DNA of 64,000 nt from an uncultured virus (IMG/VR IMGVR_UViG_2061766007_004243). Lineage: Duplodnaviria; Heunggongvirae; Uroviricota; Caudoviricetes. The DNA lies in the IMG/VR virus record IMGVR_UViG_2061766007_004243; one strand, given 5' to 3'. Each line of letters starts with the position of its first letter. Within the stretch, counting starts at the first letter, position 1. Positions 20,955 through 31,008 of this stretch are shown piece by piece. A program made the translations under genes and the position numbers. Below the pieces are notes generated by a model, which worked only from the letters and a program-made list of their open reading frames with translations, did not search any database and was not told the DNA's origin.

Positions 20955-21353
20955 ATGGAGTTTTATCTTGACATGAACCCGCCGACGGTAACGGCGCAGG
21001 AACATAAAGTAAGGGTAAACAGGGGCAGGCCCATGTTTTATAACACCGCAAGGCTCAAGCAGGCCCAGGCCGTATTTGAGAGCCTGCTGATGCGCTACAG
21101 GCCAAGGCGGCCCATGGAGGGCCCGGTGGCGCTGACGGTGGACTGGTTCTTCTTTTCCGGCTCGCATAAGGATGGTGAATGGCGTGTCACACGGCCCGAT
21201 ACGGATAACCTGCAGAAACTGCTCAAGGACTGCATGACGCGCGTGGGATTCTGGAAAGACGATTCACAGGTGTGCGTGGAGTTGATATCCAAACGCTGGG
21301 CAAGGCGTAAACCGGGCATTGGAATAAAGGTGGTGAGTCTGGATGACGAATGA
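20955..21353 (+). CDS. rusA: RusA-family Holliday junction resolvase
   Basis: RPDTDNLQKLLKD..GFWKDDSQV. Confidence 0.88.
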   Translation: MEFYLDMNPPTVTAQEHKVRVNRGRPMFYNTARLKQAQAVFESLLMRYRPRRPMEGPVALTVDWFFFSGSHKDGEWRVTRPDTDNLQKLLKDCMTRVGFWKDDSQVCVELISKRWARRKPGIGIKVVSLDDE

Positions 21354-21579
21354 AGAAAACGAGATCATGAAGGACATATATTTCTTTCTCAGGGACCACG
21401 GCGATCCCCCGCCCATAAACACGGACGGCTGCGAGGAGTTCTGGTTCAAGGCTGGCCAGGATCTGGTGGATATGGTGGGTAAGAAATGGGACAACCATCC
21501 ATTAGCTAAGAAGCTCGGGCTCGCGCTCATAGTGTACATCGAAAACAAAAGCAAGGATATGGCAGGTGGTGCTAAGTGA
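21343..21579 (+). CDS. Conserved small hypothetical protein (copies at 33318, 33616, 51385)
   Basis: DPP..GCEEFW..AG.DL..W..HPLAKKLG motif shared by four copies. Confidence 0.75.
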   Translation: MTNEENEIMKDIYFFLRDHGDPPPINTDGCEEFWFKAGQDLVDMVGKKWDNHPLAKKLGLALIVYIENKSKDMAGGAK

Positions 21580-22001
21580 TATGGAAAAACGGCGAAGGCT
21601 ATTTCGATCCCACGGCGGGGGAAGCGTTGTCAACTGTCATACATGAGGAGAAGGTGAAAAGGAAGCATGAGAAAGCAACGGAGAAATGGGAGGCTGACAA
21701 GACCGGTATCCTATCCGGCGATGTGTATTCGAAAAAGCCGGACACCCTGGAGACCTGTTTCGCTTACATATCCACCGATCGCAGCTGCGGCGGCGACGGA
21801 TATCCCGACTGCATGGCGCTCACCGGTATGTGTCCCGGTTTCGATAAGTGCCGGTTTTACAAGAGCGAAGCTAGGCACAGGGAAGACAGGGAAAAGGCGT
21901 TTGAGCTGATCAGGCGGAAACCTTATCGGGAGCAGGCGCTCATATCAGTGAAGTATTATTCGGGCAGGAAGCCCTGGACCAAACGGGAGGAGGATGTTTA
22001 A
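21576..22001 (+). CDS. Phage hypothetical protein with N.EGY.DPTA motif and Cys cluster
   Basis: KNGEGYFDPTAGEA; CFAY..C..C..CRFYK; homologs at 33839-34315 and 50195-50545. Confidence 0.7.
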   Translation: MIWKNGEGYFDPTAGEALSTVIHEEKVKRKHEKATEKWEADKTGILSGDVYSKKPDTLETCFAYISTDRSCGGDGYPDCMALTGMCPGFDKCRFYKSEARHREDREKAFELIRRKPYREQALISVKYYSGRKPWTKREEDV

Positions 22002-22432
22002 TGAACGCGAGGGAATTCCTGGGCCGCGCTTATATGCTGGAAGCGCGGATCGACAGTAAGACGGAACAGCTAAAGCATTTAAGGGCGCTCACACAGAACA
22101 CGACTGCCGTGTACGGCCGTGAGGGAGTATCCCACTCACGGCACACTGACCGCATGGCTGATCTTGTGGCAAGGATCGCCGATATGGAAAAACAGGTCAG
22201 CGAGTCGATCGAGAAACTGGTCTCGATAAAACAGGAGATACTGGACGCGATCGGCAGGATAGATGAGTGCAAACTGCAGACCGTGCTCGAGCTCAGGTAC
22301 CTGAATATGAAGTCATGGAACGAGATCAGCGCGATCATGTATACGGGGAAAACGAACCTGTACCGCCTGCATAAGAAAGCGCTTACGCGGCTTCAGGAAA
22401 TATTGGATCATAACGAGGGTGGTAACGGTTGA
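22001..22432 (+). CDS. DUF1492 / RinA-ArpU-like late transcription activator
   Basis: MNAREFL, LELRYL..KSWNEI..YRLHKKAL. Confidence 0.85.
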   Translation: MNAREFLGRAYMLEARIDSKTEQLKHLRALTQNTTAVYGREGVSHSRHTDRMADLVARIADMEKQVSESIEKLVSIKQEILDAIGRIDECKLQTVLELRYLNMKSWNEISAIMYTGKTNLYRLHKKALTRLQEILDHNEGGNG

Positions 22433-22824
22433 GCTCAAATGGCAGAGCGGCGCTCAATGTCCGTGAGATATTCTTTATCGCCAGGGACATTGCCGGAAAG
22501 CATCACCTGGGCTGCCCCTGCCATCTGGAAATGCTGCAGACCATGCGCGGCAAGTATTTCCCGCCCATAGTGCGAAAGAACGGAAACGGCACGATATGGG
22601 TAGACAGGTATTACGTAGCGTACAGGCTGTATGAAAGCAGTGAAGTCAGGTATGTATATATGACCAGGTACCACATACTGGAGGAAGTGTATTCATACAA
22701 GGCGGCCTCGAAGCTCAGGAACATACAGGTGAAACTCCCGGCCGACATTCAGAAGCAGTTCGCGTACGCGCTGAAGCACATGGACGGGAACATATGGACA
22801 GACCCGGAATACGCGGTGACATGA
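22429..22824 (+). CDS. Conserved hypothetical protein (WVDRYYVAY family; copies at 48375, 49061, 50767)
   Basis: Motif WVDRYYVAY.L....VRYVY shared by four copies. Confidence 0.75.
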   Translation: MSSNGRAALNVREIFFIARDIAGKHHLGCPCHLEMLQTMRGKYFPPIVRKNGNGTIWVDRYYVAYRLYESSEVRYVYMTRYHILEEVYSYKAASKLRNIQVKLPADIQKQFAYALKHMDGNIWTDPEYAVT

Positions 22825-23068
22825 TCCCAGAATAAAATAAGCTTTGGCTGGAGATGTATACATAAAGCATCTCCGGCTTTTCCGCGGATAATATCGATCT
22901 ATATTTCAAAGCTGTCCTTATTTCAATAGGTCGCTGCTTTTTGAAATATGGGTGCTGAAAATGAACCGTTATTTCAATTTCCCATGTGATAATTCTCTGA
23001 TAACTGACTTGACTTATATGCCCAAACGAGTGATGTATATAGCAAACGATATTTTTGGAGGTATAAAC

Positions 23069-23388
23069 ATGAACAACGAACCAAAACCCATAAATGATGA
23101 TCTGAAACAAGCCCTGGCTGATTTACGAGCCAGACAGGAATCGGGCGAGCACATGCCCTGCCCCAGATGCGGCAGGGATACCATGCTGCCCAAGCTTTAC
23201 GCTAACGCCCTAAGCAGACACGCCGATGGAATTTTCGTGTGCCCGGATTGTGTGAACGCAGAAAGTGTGCTTCAGTTCATGAACAGCCCCCTGCCAATCG
23301 AAGAGTGGGCGGTATTCAACGACAGAAGCCACCGGGATGATTTCAAAGACACTCCCGGCGAGCAGGCCTGGGAACAGATACAGAAAGA
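23069..23388 (+). CDS. Zinc-ribbon protein, N-terminal fragment
   Basis: CPRCG..NALSR..CPDC; SD ggaggt. Confidence 0.75.
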
Positions 23389-23403
23389 NNNNNNNNNNTG
23401 AGT

Positions 23404-23468
23404 GTGCTATAATGGTATCATGTTGAAGACTGGGGGAAGGGCTCCGCGCATGCGGGGTCCTTTTCCTA
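23404..23468 (+). promoter_or_regulatory. Late-type promoter (-10 TGcTATAAT) plus hairpin upstream of metK
   Basis: gtgctataatggtatcatgttgaaga is also present on the minus strand at 48303-48328; followed by a GC hairpin and T run. Confidence 0.65.
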
Positions 23469-23484
23469 TACACTGGAGGTTATC

Positions 23485-24355
23485 ATGTTCGAAAAAGTGA
23501 ATCCATCCCATCCCGACAAGATCGCTGACCGCATCGCCGGCGCGCTGGTGGACATGGCGTACAGAAAGGCCCGGAATCCGCGTATCGCAGTCGAGGTACT
23601 GATCGGTCACGGCGTGTGCCACATCATTTGCGAGACTTCGGTCAGACTGCCGGAAAAGGAAGTGTACCGGACAGTACGGCGTATCGCCGGTGATGTGTAC
23701 GTGGACCTCAGGCAGCTGCCTCAGGACGCACAGCTCGCAGAAAACCAGTCGCGCGGTCTGCGCTGCGGGGACAACGGTATTTTTCGGGGCATGCCCGTGA
23801 CCGCTGAGCAGAAGAAGCTCTCACGGATCGCTAGGCGGATTTACGAGCAGTTTCCATATGACGGAAAGTACATACTCGACGGTGACAGGCTGATAATCTG
23901 CCAGAGCAATGCCAGATCAAGGGACTTGCAGCGCATGTTCCACTCGGCCGAGATCAATCCCCTGGGTGACTGGACCGGCGGCACCGATGTGGACACCGGC
24001 GCGGTCAACCGGAAGCTCGGCAGTGACATGGGCGATTCCGTCACCGGCGGCGGACTGCACGGTAAAGACCTCTCCAAAGCCGACGTGAGCGTGAACATCT
24101 ACGCCTGGCTCAAGGCGCAGCTGATCCAGGAGCCTGTTGAGATCTCCTGCGCCATCGGAGATGAGATCGTGGACGGGCTGCCATACGAAATNNNNNNNNN
24201 NACAGATCACGGAAGAACCCGTGGAAATCTCCTGCGCCATCGGAGATGAGATCGTGGACGGGCTGCCATACGAAATGATCGTGAGAATAGCCCGCAGGTA
24301 CATCGAACACGTCGGCGGATTTGAGAAGTTCGCCGAGTGGGGACTGATCAGATGA
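23485..24355 (+). CDS. metK: Short phage-type S-adenosylmethionine synthetase (split by gap, C-terminus duplicated)
   Basis: HPDKIADRI, GDNG, DGK, INPLG.W.GG...DTG, GGGLHGKDLSKADVS. Confidence 0.85.
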
Positions 24356-24444
24356 AAACGGCAGAGGCTGTGAGAGAATGAGAGGCGCAGCCGAACGCAT
24401 TGTTCCGGCCGCGCCTGAATGTTTTTGCTCGTGAAAATTCCCGA

Positions 24445-26040
24445 TTAATACGTCTGCGTAAGTCCCTGGCTCAATTGGGGATCTTTCACCAGATCTGTGC
24501 TTACGTACTGGCCGTCGTAGNNNNNNNNNNGACTCACGATTAATACGTCTGCGTAAGGCCCTGGTTCAATTGGGGATCTTTCACCANNNNNNNNNNGAAG
24601 TCCTTGGTTCAATTGAGGATCTTTCACCAGATCTGTGCTTACGTACTGGCCGTCGTAACTGAACAGCACCCGCCAGACCAACGTGTTGTCCGTTCTTTCA
24701 ACGCCGCCGTCCCAGTATACGTAGATGCCTTCGTTGACCGGTTCNNNNNNNNNNNNNNNNNNNNNNNNNNNNNNNNNNNNNNNNNNNNNNNNNNNNNNNN
24801 NNNNNNNNNNNNNNNNNNNNNNNNNNNNNNNNNNNNNNNNNNNNNNNNNNNNNNNNNNNNNNNNNNNNNNNNNNNNNNNNNNNNNNNNNNNNNNNNNNNN
24901 NNNNNNNNNNNNNNNNNNNNCACGGCCATGATCTGCTCTGTATTATCTGCATAGCCGCGACGAACGACTACTGTATAGCTGTTTGTGGCTTTGAATTCCA
25001 GTATTTCATTGCCGCGGTTTTTGAAGACTTCATAAGCGGGAAGGGTCAGATCATCGAACGAATTGTTCTGCGGCGGTTCATATTCACCCAGATAGTCGAT
25101 GAGGATATACCCGGTCTGGCCCTTATAGACGCACTTGACAAAGCGGTCGTTTACCTGCACACAGTCTTCCACCACGGCTCCCAGGGGAATGTAGACAAGC
25201 ACCGTGGCACCGGTAGAAGCGGAAGCCCTCAGGGATACGTTCTGCTGGCAGTTGATAACTTCCATATAATAAGGCAGCGCAGGATACACTTTGGGCGTAC
25301 CGGTGGGCTTTGGCGTTGGGGTTGGCTCCGTGACGACTTTGCTGTAATCGGCCTTCTTCAGGTANNNNNNNNNNCGCTCCCAGGGGAACGTAGACGAGCA
25401 CCGTAGCGCCGGTAGAAGCAGTAGCCCTAAGGGACACACTCTGCTGGCAGTTGATGATCTCCATGTAATAGGGCAGTGCCGGATACACTTTAGGCGTGCC
25501 GGTGGGTCTGGGCGTGGGTGTCGGACCAGTGACGACTTTGCTGTAATCGGCTTTCTTCAGGTACTTGGCCAGAATGTAGCCGCTCTTGCCCTTATAGGAG
25601 CAATGGATGAACTCTTCATTATAGCGGGTGCAGCCGGTGACCGCTGCACCGAGAGGCACCTTGATCAGGCGCTCGCTCTGTGTGTCGGGCATCTTTCTCA
25701 GTGAAACATATTCACTGCAGTTGTATACCATCTGGTTGGGCAGGATCTCATCCTCAGCCACCCACAGGGGCGTAGTCTTGAGGTACTGGGCTAAAATGTA
25801 GCCACTTTTGCCGTCCCAGGTGCAATGCACAAAACCGTTTTCCGCTTCGGTACAGTAAATGACATATTCGCCCAAATGTACCTTGGCTAATCGTTCAGAT
25901 TTGGTGTCCGGTTTTTCGCGCAGGGAAACGTAATCGTTGCATTTGACCACCTGCATGACTTCACTGACCTCTTCGGCCGTTGAGGGCGCAAAGCACAGCA
26001 GTAACGCTGAAAGCAGAACAATGCAAAGGATTCTTTTCAT
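24445..26040 (-). CDS. Exported multi-SH3b-domain protein with PT linker (fragments of several alleles)
   Basis: Signal peptide MKRILCIVLL; three repeats V.C..VSLR..P....L..V.LG..V......GYI...YL; PTPTP linker. Confidence 0.8.
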
Positions 26041-26062
26041 TCTGTCGGTTCCNNNNNNNNNN

Positions 26063-26240
26063 ATGGCAAAGCCGCATTATGAGGTTCGCTGCGGCCAAAC
26101 AGGCTCCGTCGGGAACGACGTCAGTTTGTGCGGTATTGCCTTATCAGTTCATTTGATTCATCAGGGATGATATCAGGCCTTTGATTGGCTCCGGAAAGAA
26201 AAACGTAAGCAGGAGCCTCGGGTCGGATTCACCACTAACC
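26063..26240 (-). ncRNA. Candidate structured 5' leader of the SH3b gene (divergent allele)
   Basis: Shares ggtt.gt...gaat.cgacc, gataaggcaataccg.acaaa and tgcggctttgc blocks with 34904-35080 and 44324-44527. Confidence 0.55.
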
Positions 26241-26244
26241 ATTA

Positions 26245-26273
26245 ATTATACATAAAAATGAACGCGGCGTCAA
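26245..26273 (-). promoter_or_regulatory. Consensus sigma70 promoter for SH3b leader
   Basis: TTGACG-17-TATAAT; second allele TTGACG-17-TATAAT at 26650-26678. Confidence 0.8.
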
Positions 26274-26397
26274 ATTATACTTTCCGGCTCGAAACCGTGA
26301 ATTGATAACACATGGATAAATCCATCAGGATATGCTTGACTTTCGGATTCAAAAGAGGGATGTATACGCTACCTTGAAATTGGAGGAGGAAAACGAA

Positions 26398-27860
26398 ATG
26401 ACCAACAGAAAACAGCTGGCCACTGAGCTTGGGCAGGAACTTGGCCTTGAGGTGAAATACCTTGGCGTCCCTTCCTGCGCTTACCAGGTCGGCGACTACA
26501 TCATCCGGAAGGACGGCACCATCGAAGGCGATTTGGAAGCTATCCACGACTTCCTGATCAGACAGGGCCTTATTGAACAGNNNNNNNNNNCGCCCTTGGA
26601 AAGGAGAATATAAACAAGACATCCAGGCCGAATTCGTCACCAACCCTTTATTATATACGGAAATAAGTCTGACGTCAAATTAATCTTTCTTTTAGACCTG
26701 TACCAACGATTGATAATTCTGGGCTAATACTTCCGGATATGCTTGACTTTCGGATTCAAAAGAGGGATGTATACGCTACCCTATTAAAAAGGAGGCAGTC
26801 GAAATGACCAGCAGAAAACAACTGGCCGCGGAACTCGCGCAGGAGCTGGGGGCTGAGGTGGAATACCTGGGCGTACCCTCGTGCGCATACAGAGTCGGCG
26901 GGTACACCATCAACAAAGACGGCACCATCGACGGCGATTTGGAAGCCATCAGGGACTTCCTGATCAGGCACGGCATCATCCATGAAGAACCTGATGCCGG
27001 GATGGAACCTGCCACAGACTGTGAAGAAGCATCAGAACGCGTTCCAAAGTCCATTAGTGGTGTGGACAGCATCGAACTGAGCATTCCATCGAACGACCTT
27101 ACCGCACAGCAACTGATCAACCTGATTCACATCCTGTANNNNNNNNNNACGGGACTTCCTGATCAGGCACGGCATCATCCATGAAGTACCTGATGCCGGG
27201 ATGGAACCTGCCACAGACTGTGGAGAAGCATCAGAACGCGTCCCAAAGTCCATTAGTGATGTGGACAGCATCGAACTGAGCATTCCCTCGAACGACCTTA
27301 CCGCACAGCAACTGATCAACCTGATTCACATCCTGTACGCGCGGCAGAAGCTGCTTTCAGCCATGACCCGGTACGCGGACATCCGCATAGACGATGAGCT
27401 CATCGGCCTGCTGAAGGATGAAAAGCCTGATACGGTCGCGCGGATTCTGGAGCTCCTGCAAAATGAGATCCATGTGGGCATGGTAACAGGCATCAACATA
27501 ACTGCCGACGTGTTCACGCTGACGCTAGCGGGTGCCGATCACAGCGACGATTTACCCACATACGTACGCCTCATGGCCGCGCTGCTTAAACGGGCAAAGG
27601 AAGCCGGATTTGTGAGCGCGAAGCTCATCAATCCTGCCGAGGGCGAAATGAAGTACTACATCAACAGCTTTTTGAACCAGCTGGGTTTCGGCGGCGCAGA
27701 TCACAAAAATGACCGCGCGATCCTCATGAGCCACATCAGGGGCTACGCTGCGTTCAAGAACAACGCGCAGATGGAAAAGCATAAAGCGCGGCTTAAGGAA
27801 AGACGGCATGCGTCCAAACAAACTGACCCGGCCAATTCGGAAGCGGGTGACACTGAATGA
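26398..27860 (+). CDS. Clostridial prophage 'virulence-related'-type hypothetical protein (three fragments: 26398, 26804, 27149)
   Basis: YLGVPSCAY.VG.Y.I.KDGT N-terminus; KYY..SFLNQLG.G...R..L..H..GYAAFK C-terminus. Confidence 0.7.
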
Positions 27861-28105
27861 AAAAACCTTCGCGCGAATACGTGGACTCGATTCGAAAGCA
27901 GTTCCCATCGGGCACACGCATAGAGCTTTTGCGTATGGATGATCCCTACAACAAAAAGCTCGTGCCCGGCAGCAGAGGCACCGTCAGATTTGTGGACTCC
28001 GCCGGCACACTGCAAATGGAATGGGACTGCGGTTCGTCGCTGGGACTGATCCCCGGCGAGGACGATTTCCGGATCATAGCTGAGGAGGCGAAAATACATG
28101 ACTGA
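27857..28105 (+). CDS. DUF4314 family protein
   Basis: FPSGTRIEL..MDDPY..PGSRGTV.FVD..G....WD.GSSLGLIPGED. Confidence 0.85.
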   Translation: MKKPSREYVDSIRKQFPSGTRIELLRMDDPYNKKLVPGSRGTVRFVDSAGTLQMEWDCGSSLGLIPGEDDFRIIAEEAKIHD

Positions 28106-28901
28106 TGATATGAAAAAGGCTCTGCTCGATATACGAGCCAGACAGGAATCCGGTGAACACATGCCCTGCCCCAGATGCGGTAGGGATAATATGAAACCGG
28201 AACTGCATACCAACGCGCTCAGCCGGTACGCTGATATCGCGATTTGTGACGAATGTGGTTCAGCAGAGGCGATGCTGCAATTCATGAACAGCCCGCTGCC
28301 TATCGAGGAATGGGCGGTATTCAACGACAGGACTCGCCGCGACGATTTCAAAGACATCCCCGGCGAGCAAGCCTGGGAGCAGATACAGAAAGANNNNNNN
28401 NNNTTACGAGCCAGACAGGAATCCGGTCAACACATGCCCTGTCCCAGGTGCGGCAGGGACACCATGAAGTCCAAACTGTACACCAATGCGCTGAGCCGGC
28501 ATGCCGACGGCATATACATCTGTGACGAGTGCGGTTCATCCGAGGCAATGCTGGATTTCATGAATAACCCGATGCCCATAGAGGACTGGGCGATATTCAC
28601 CCCTCAGGAGCACAGTGTGGATTTCAAAGATACTCCCGGTGATAAAGCCTGGGAGCGGATACAAAAAGAACAGATACAGTTGCTTGCGGAACTGTTCCGC
28701 GGCTGGCTCAACGGCGACGGCGATAAAGATTTCAAAGCATACCGCCGGGAAGCGATGCGGCGCTGCCCCGGGCTCACATTCCTTTTCGACAACCCTTTCT
28801 CCGCTGTGTACAAGGTGGCCGAGGGCGATCTGATCCTGCGGTTCAAAGACACTGACGACGGCGTGAAAATCAGCAAAGACATTTTGCATTTCCTGAAGTA
28901 A
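28098..28901 (+). CDS. Zinc-ribbon protein (two alleles joined at gap 28394-28403)
   Basis: CPRCG..NALSR..CDECG occurs twice, once either side of the gap. Confidence 0.75.
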   Translation: MTDDMKKALLDIRARQESGEHMPCPRCGRDNMKPELHTNALSRYADIAICDECGSAEAMLQFMNSPLPIEEWAVFNDRTRRDDFKDIPGEQAWEQIQKXXXXLRARQESGQHMPCPRCGRDTMKSKLYTNALSRHADGIYICDECGSSEAMLDFMNNPMPIEDWAIFTPQEHSVDFKDTPGDKAWERIQKEQIQLLAELFRGWLNGDGDKDFKAYRREAMRRCPGLTFLFDNPFSAVYKVAEGDLILRFKDTDDGVKISKDILHFLK

Positions 28902-29143
28902 CGGAACACGACAGGTCAGGCAGACAGACAAGCCCCAACCGATTCAAAAGCAGTACGGCATAACGCCGGCTGCTTTTTCGTTTGCCCATACGGGCCGCGA
29001 CGTTGGCTCACGTTCGCTTTTGCCGCCAGCCGCGGGTGATTGCCGCAGCCGATTCCAAAACCCGTACAAAGGCCGACACGCGGCAGAGACGAAAAAAGCC
29101 GCCCGAAGGCGGCATGAAGCGCTTCTGTATTTCAAAGCGCGTA

Positions 29144-29722
29144 TCAGAATGGGAGGTCGTATTTGAAAGGCAGGTAGCTTGTGTTGCTGTACAAGAGCCC
29201 GTCTTCATTCAGAAACTCGCCGACTGTGGCGATGTAGCCCTTCGCGTCCATGATGGCGAACTTAGACTGTGCTAGCTTCCAGATGAGCTCGAGCCGTTTT
29301 GTATTTCGAAGGTCAGACGGCCGCTGGATGATTCTTGTCAGGTAGTCCGTAATGAATATCGCTGTGTCGCTGTATTCCTTATTCCCCGGGTCGCTGGTCA
29401 GCCGGATGATTCCGTTGTGCGCGACGCCGCAGCGGCAGTCGACGTCCAGCGCTTTCATGTGCGCCGGGCGATTCGAGAGCGGGAACGGATGGGTCATCTG
29501 GGGATTGACCCCGGCCTGTGTGCTGATGCGGAAATGGTAGACGACCGGGTCAGCCTCGGTGAAGTGTTCCTCCTTCAGCGCATTTGAAAGCGCGGTGAGG
29601 TTCATGAAGCCCTTGCGGATGTGTACCCTGCCGTTGCGTGCGTACATGTATCCCGCTCCGTGCGGATTCCGTAGGAACATGGTCCTGATGGTTTGTGTGT
29701 CGGGCTGGCGAACGCCCTGGGG
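29144..29722 (-). CDS. Class II glutamine amidotransferase family protein, copy 2
   Basis: NPHGAG, HFRISTQ, HPF, HNG, SDT. Confidence 0.85.
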   Translation of the reverse strand, partial: PQGVRQPDTQTIRTMFLRNPHGAGYMYARNGRVHIRKGFMNLTALSNALKEEHFTEADPVVYHFRISTQAGVNPQMTHPFPLSNRPAHMKALDVDCRCGVAHNGIIRLTSDPGNKEYSDTAIFITDYLTRIIQRPSDLRNTKRLELIWKLAQSKFAIMDAKGYIATVGEFLNEDGLLYSNTSYLPFKYDLPF

Positions 29723-30091
29723 NNNNNNNNNNAGACATGGAGGATAAAGCACATGACTGAGGATATCAGGAAAGCCCTGCTCGATTTACGAGCCAGGCAG
29801 GAATCAGGCGAACATATGCCCTGCCCCAGATGCGGACGGGATACCATGTACGAGAACTTGTATACCAACGCTCTCAGCCGGGAAGCGNNNNNNNNNNATC
29901 CTCAGTTCACCTGATTCAGAAGCTGTGCGCGAAGGCGGCGGATGAGTCTGTCGGTCTCCCTGTGCGTGAGGCCGATGACTTCAAGGTCGTTCCTTCCGTT
30001 TACGGTGGCCATTAGTATCTCGAAGAGCTCCGTCCTGAAATCCTGTGCGTGGTTCTCCGGTTCCTGATTCCGGAGCANNNNNNNNNNGTTT

Positions 30092-30334
30092 TCAGTTCAC
30101 CTGATTCAGAAGCTGTGCTCGAAGGCGGCGGATTAGCCTGTCGGTCTCCCTGTGCGTGAGACCGATGACCTCAAGGTCGTTCCTTCCGTTTACGGTGGCC
30201 ATCAGGATCTCAAAGATCTCCGTCCTGAAATCCTGTGCGTGGTTCTCCGGTTCCTGATTCCGGAGCAGTTCCCACTCCTTCCTGATTTCAGAGAGTGTGT
30301 AGGTCCTGCGGTCGTTCAGGTCCATAAACTTCAT
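30092..30334 (-). CDS. Small hypothetical protein (80 aa, MKFMDLND..., cassette C)
   Basis: Homolog of 42590..42835 and of fragment 29898-30077; hairpin-SD leader. Confidence 0.8.
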   Translation of the reverse strand: MKFMDLNDRRTYTLSEIRKEWELLRNQEPENHAQDFRTEIFEILMATVNGRNDLEVIGLTHRETDRLIRRLRAQLLNQVN

Positions 30335-30376
30335 GGTATGTGTTCCTTTCCGGGCATAATACCCTGCTTGATTCAG

Positions 30377-30455
30377 GAGCCTGTGGCTCCGGGTGAAGGC
30401 TCTGCTCGATTCCAAAGCCCTCAGCCGGGGCCGCCGGTCGGCGGTGTGCCCGTGC
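30377..30455 (-). ncRNA. Conserved three-hairpin intergenic RNA candidate
   Basis: Homologous to 30553-30633 (-) and 42838-42914 (+); stems conserved, loops variable. Confidence 0.55.
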
Positions 30456-30651
30456 GCAAACGCCCTGCTCGATTTCAGAGCGTGTATCCGCATAAGTCAG
30501 CCATGTCGAGCGCTTCGACGGCGTAGTCTTCCGGGTCGATGNNNNNNNNNNTGTGAGCCTGTGGCTCCGGGTGAAGGCTCCTCTTGATTTGTGAGCCCTC
30601 AGCCGGGGCCGCCGGTCGGCGGTGTTCCCGTGCGCGATGCCCTGCTCGATT

Positions 30652-30900
30652 TCAGAGCGTGTATCCGTATAAGTCAGCCATGTCGAGCGCTTCGACGGCG
30701 TAGTCTTCCGGGTCGATGAAGGGATTCCAGTCGTACAGTTCGACCTTGTCGATTTGCGAGCCCACACAGTCTTCGATGAATTCAGCCCGGGCTTCTGTGT
30801 CCGGGAACCGTATGGCCCCGTCTTCTTCCAACTGTGCCACGGCATCCTCGAAACCGGATCGGATGTCGTCCTCGGTGATGACGGTGATGTACTTCTTCAT
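30652..30900 (-). CDS. Small acidic hypothetical protein (82 aa, MKKYI..., cassette B)
   Basis: Homolog of 42303..42551; hairpin-SD leader. Confidence 0.8.
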   Translation of the reverse strand: MKKYITVITEDDIRSGFEDAVAQLEEDGAIRFPDTEARAEFIEDCVGSQIDKVELYDWNPFIDPEDYAVEALDMADLYGYTL

Positions 30901-30948
30901 GGGGTGTATTCCTTTCCGGGCGTTTCACCCTGTGTTTTTCTGCGGCTT

Positions 30949-31008
30949 CCCGCGACCGGGTACTGTGCCCGGTTTCGGCCGGTTGCCGACCGGCGCTCGT
31001 CAGGCGGG
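30949..31008 (-). ncRNA. Type I hammerhead ribozyme (allele with 1-nt bulge in stem II)
   Basis: cccgc-CUGACGA-g(c)gccgg/ccggcc-GAAA-ccggg/cccgg-UC-gcggg. Confidence 0.85.

Noticed and set aside
23420..23484. Possible SAM riboswitch upstream of metK
   Set aside because: Only a single hairpin in a ~65-nt leader; no SAM-I, SAM-II or SMK core recognisable
24440..24660. Three spaced repeats (caattggggatctttcacc) resembling a CRISPR array
   Set aside because: They are allelic 3' ends of the SH3b gene (DLVKDPQL) on short contigs separated by N gaps; no unique spacers and no cas operon
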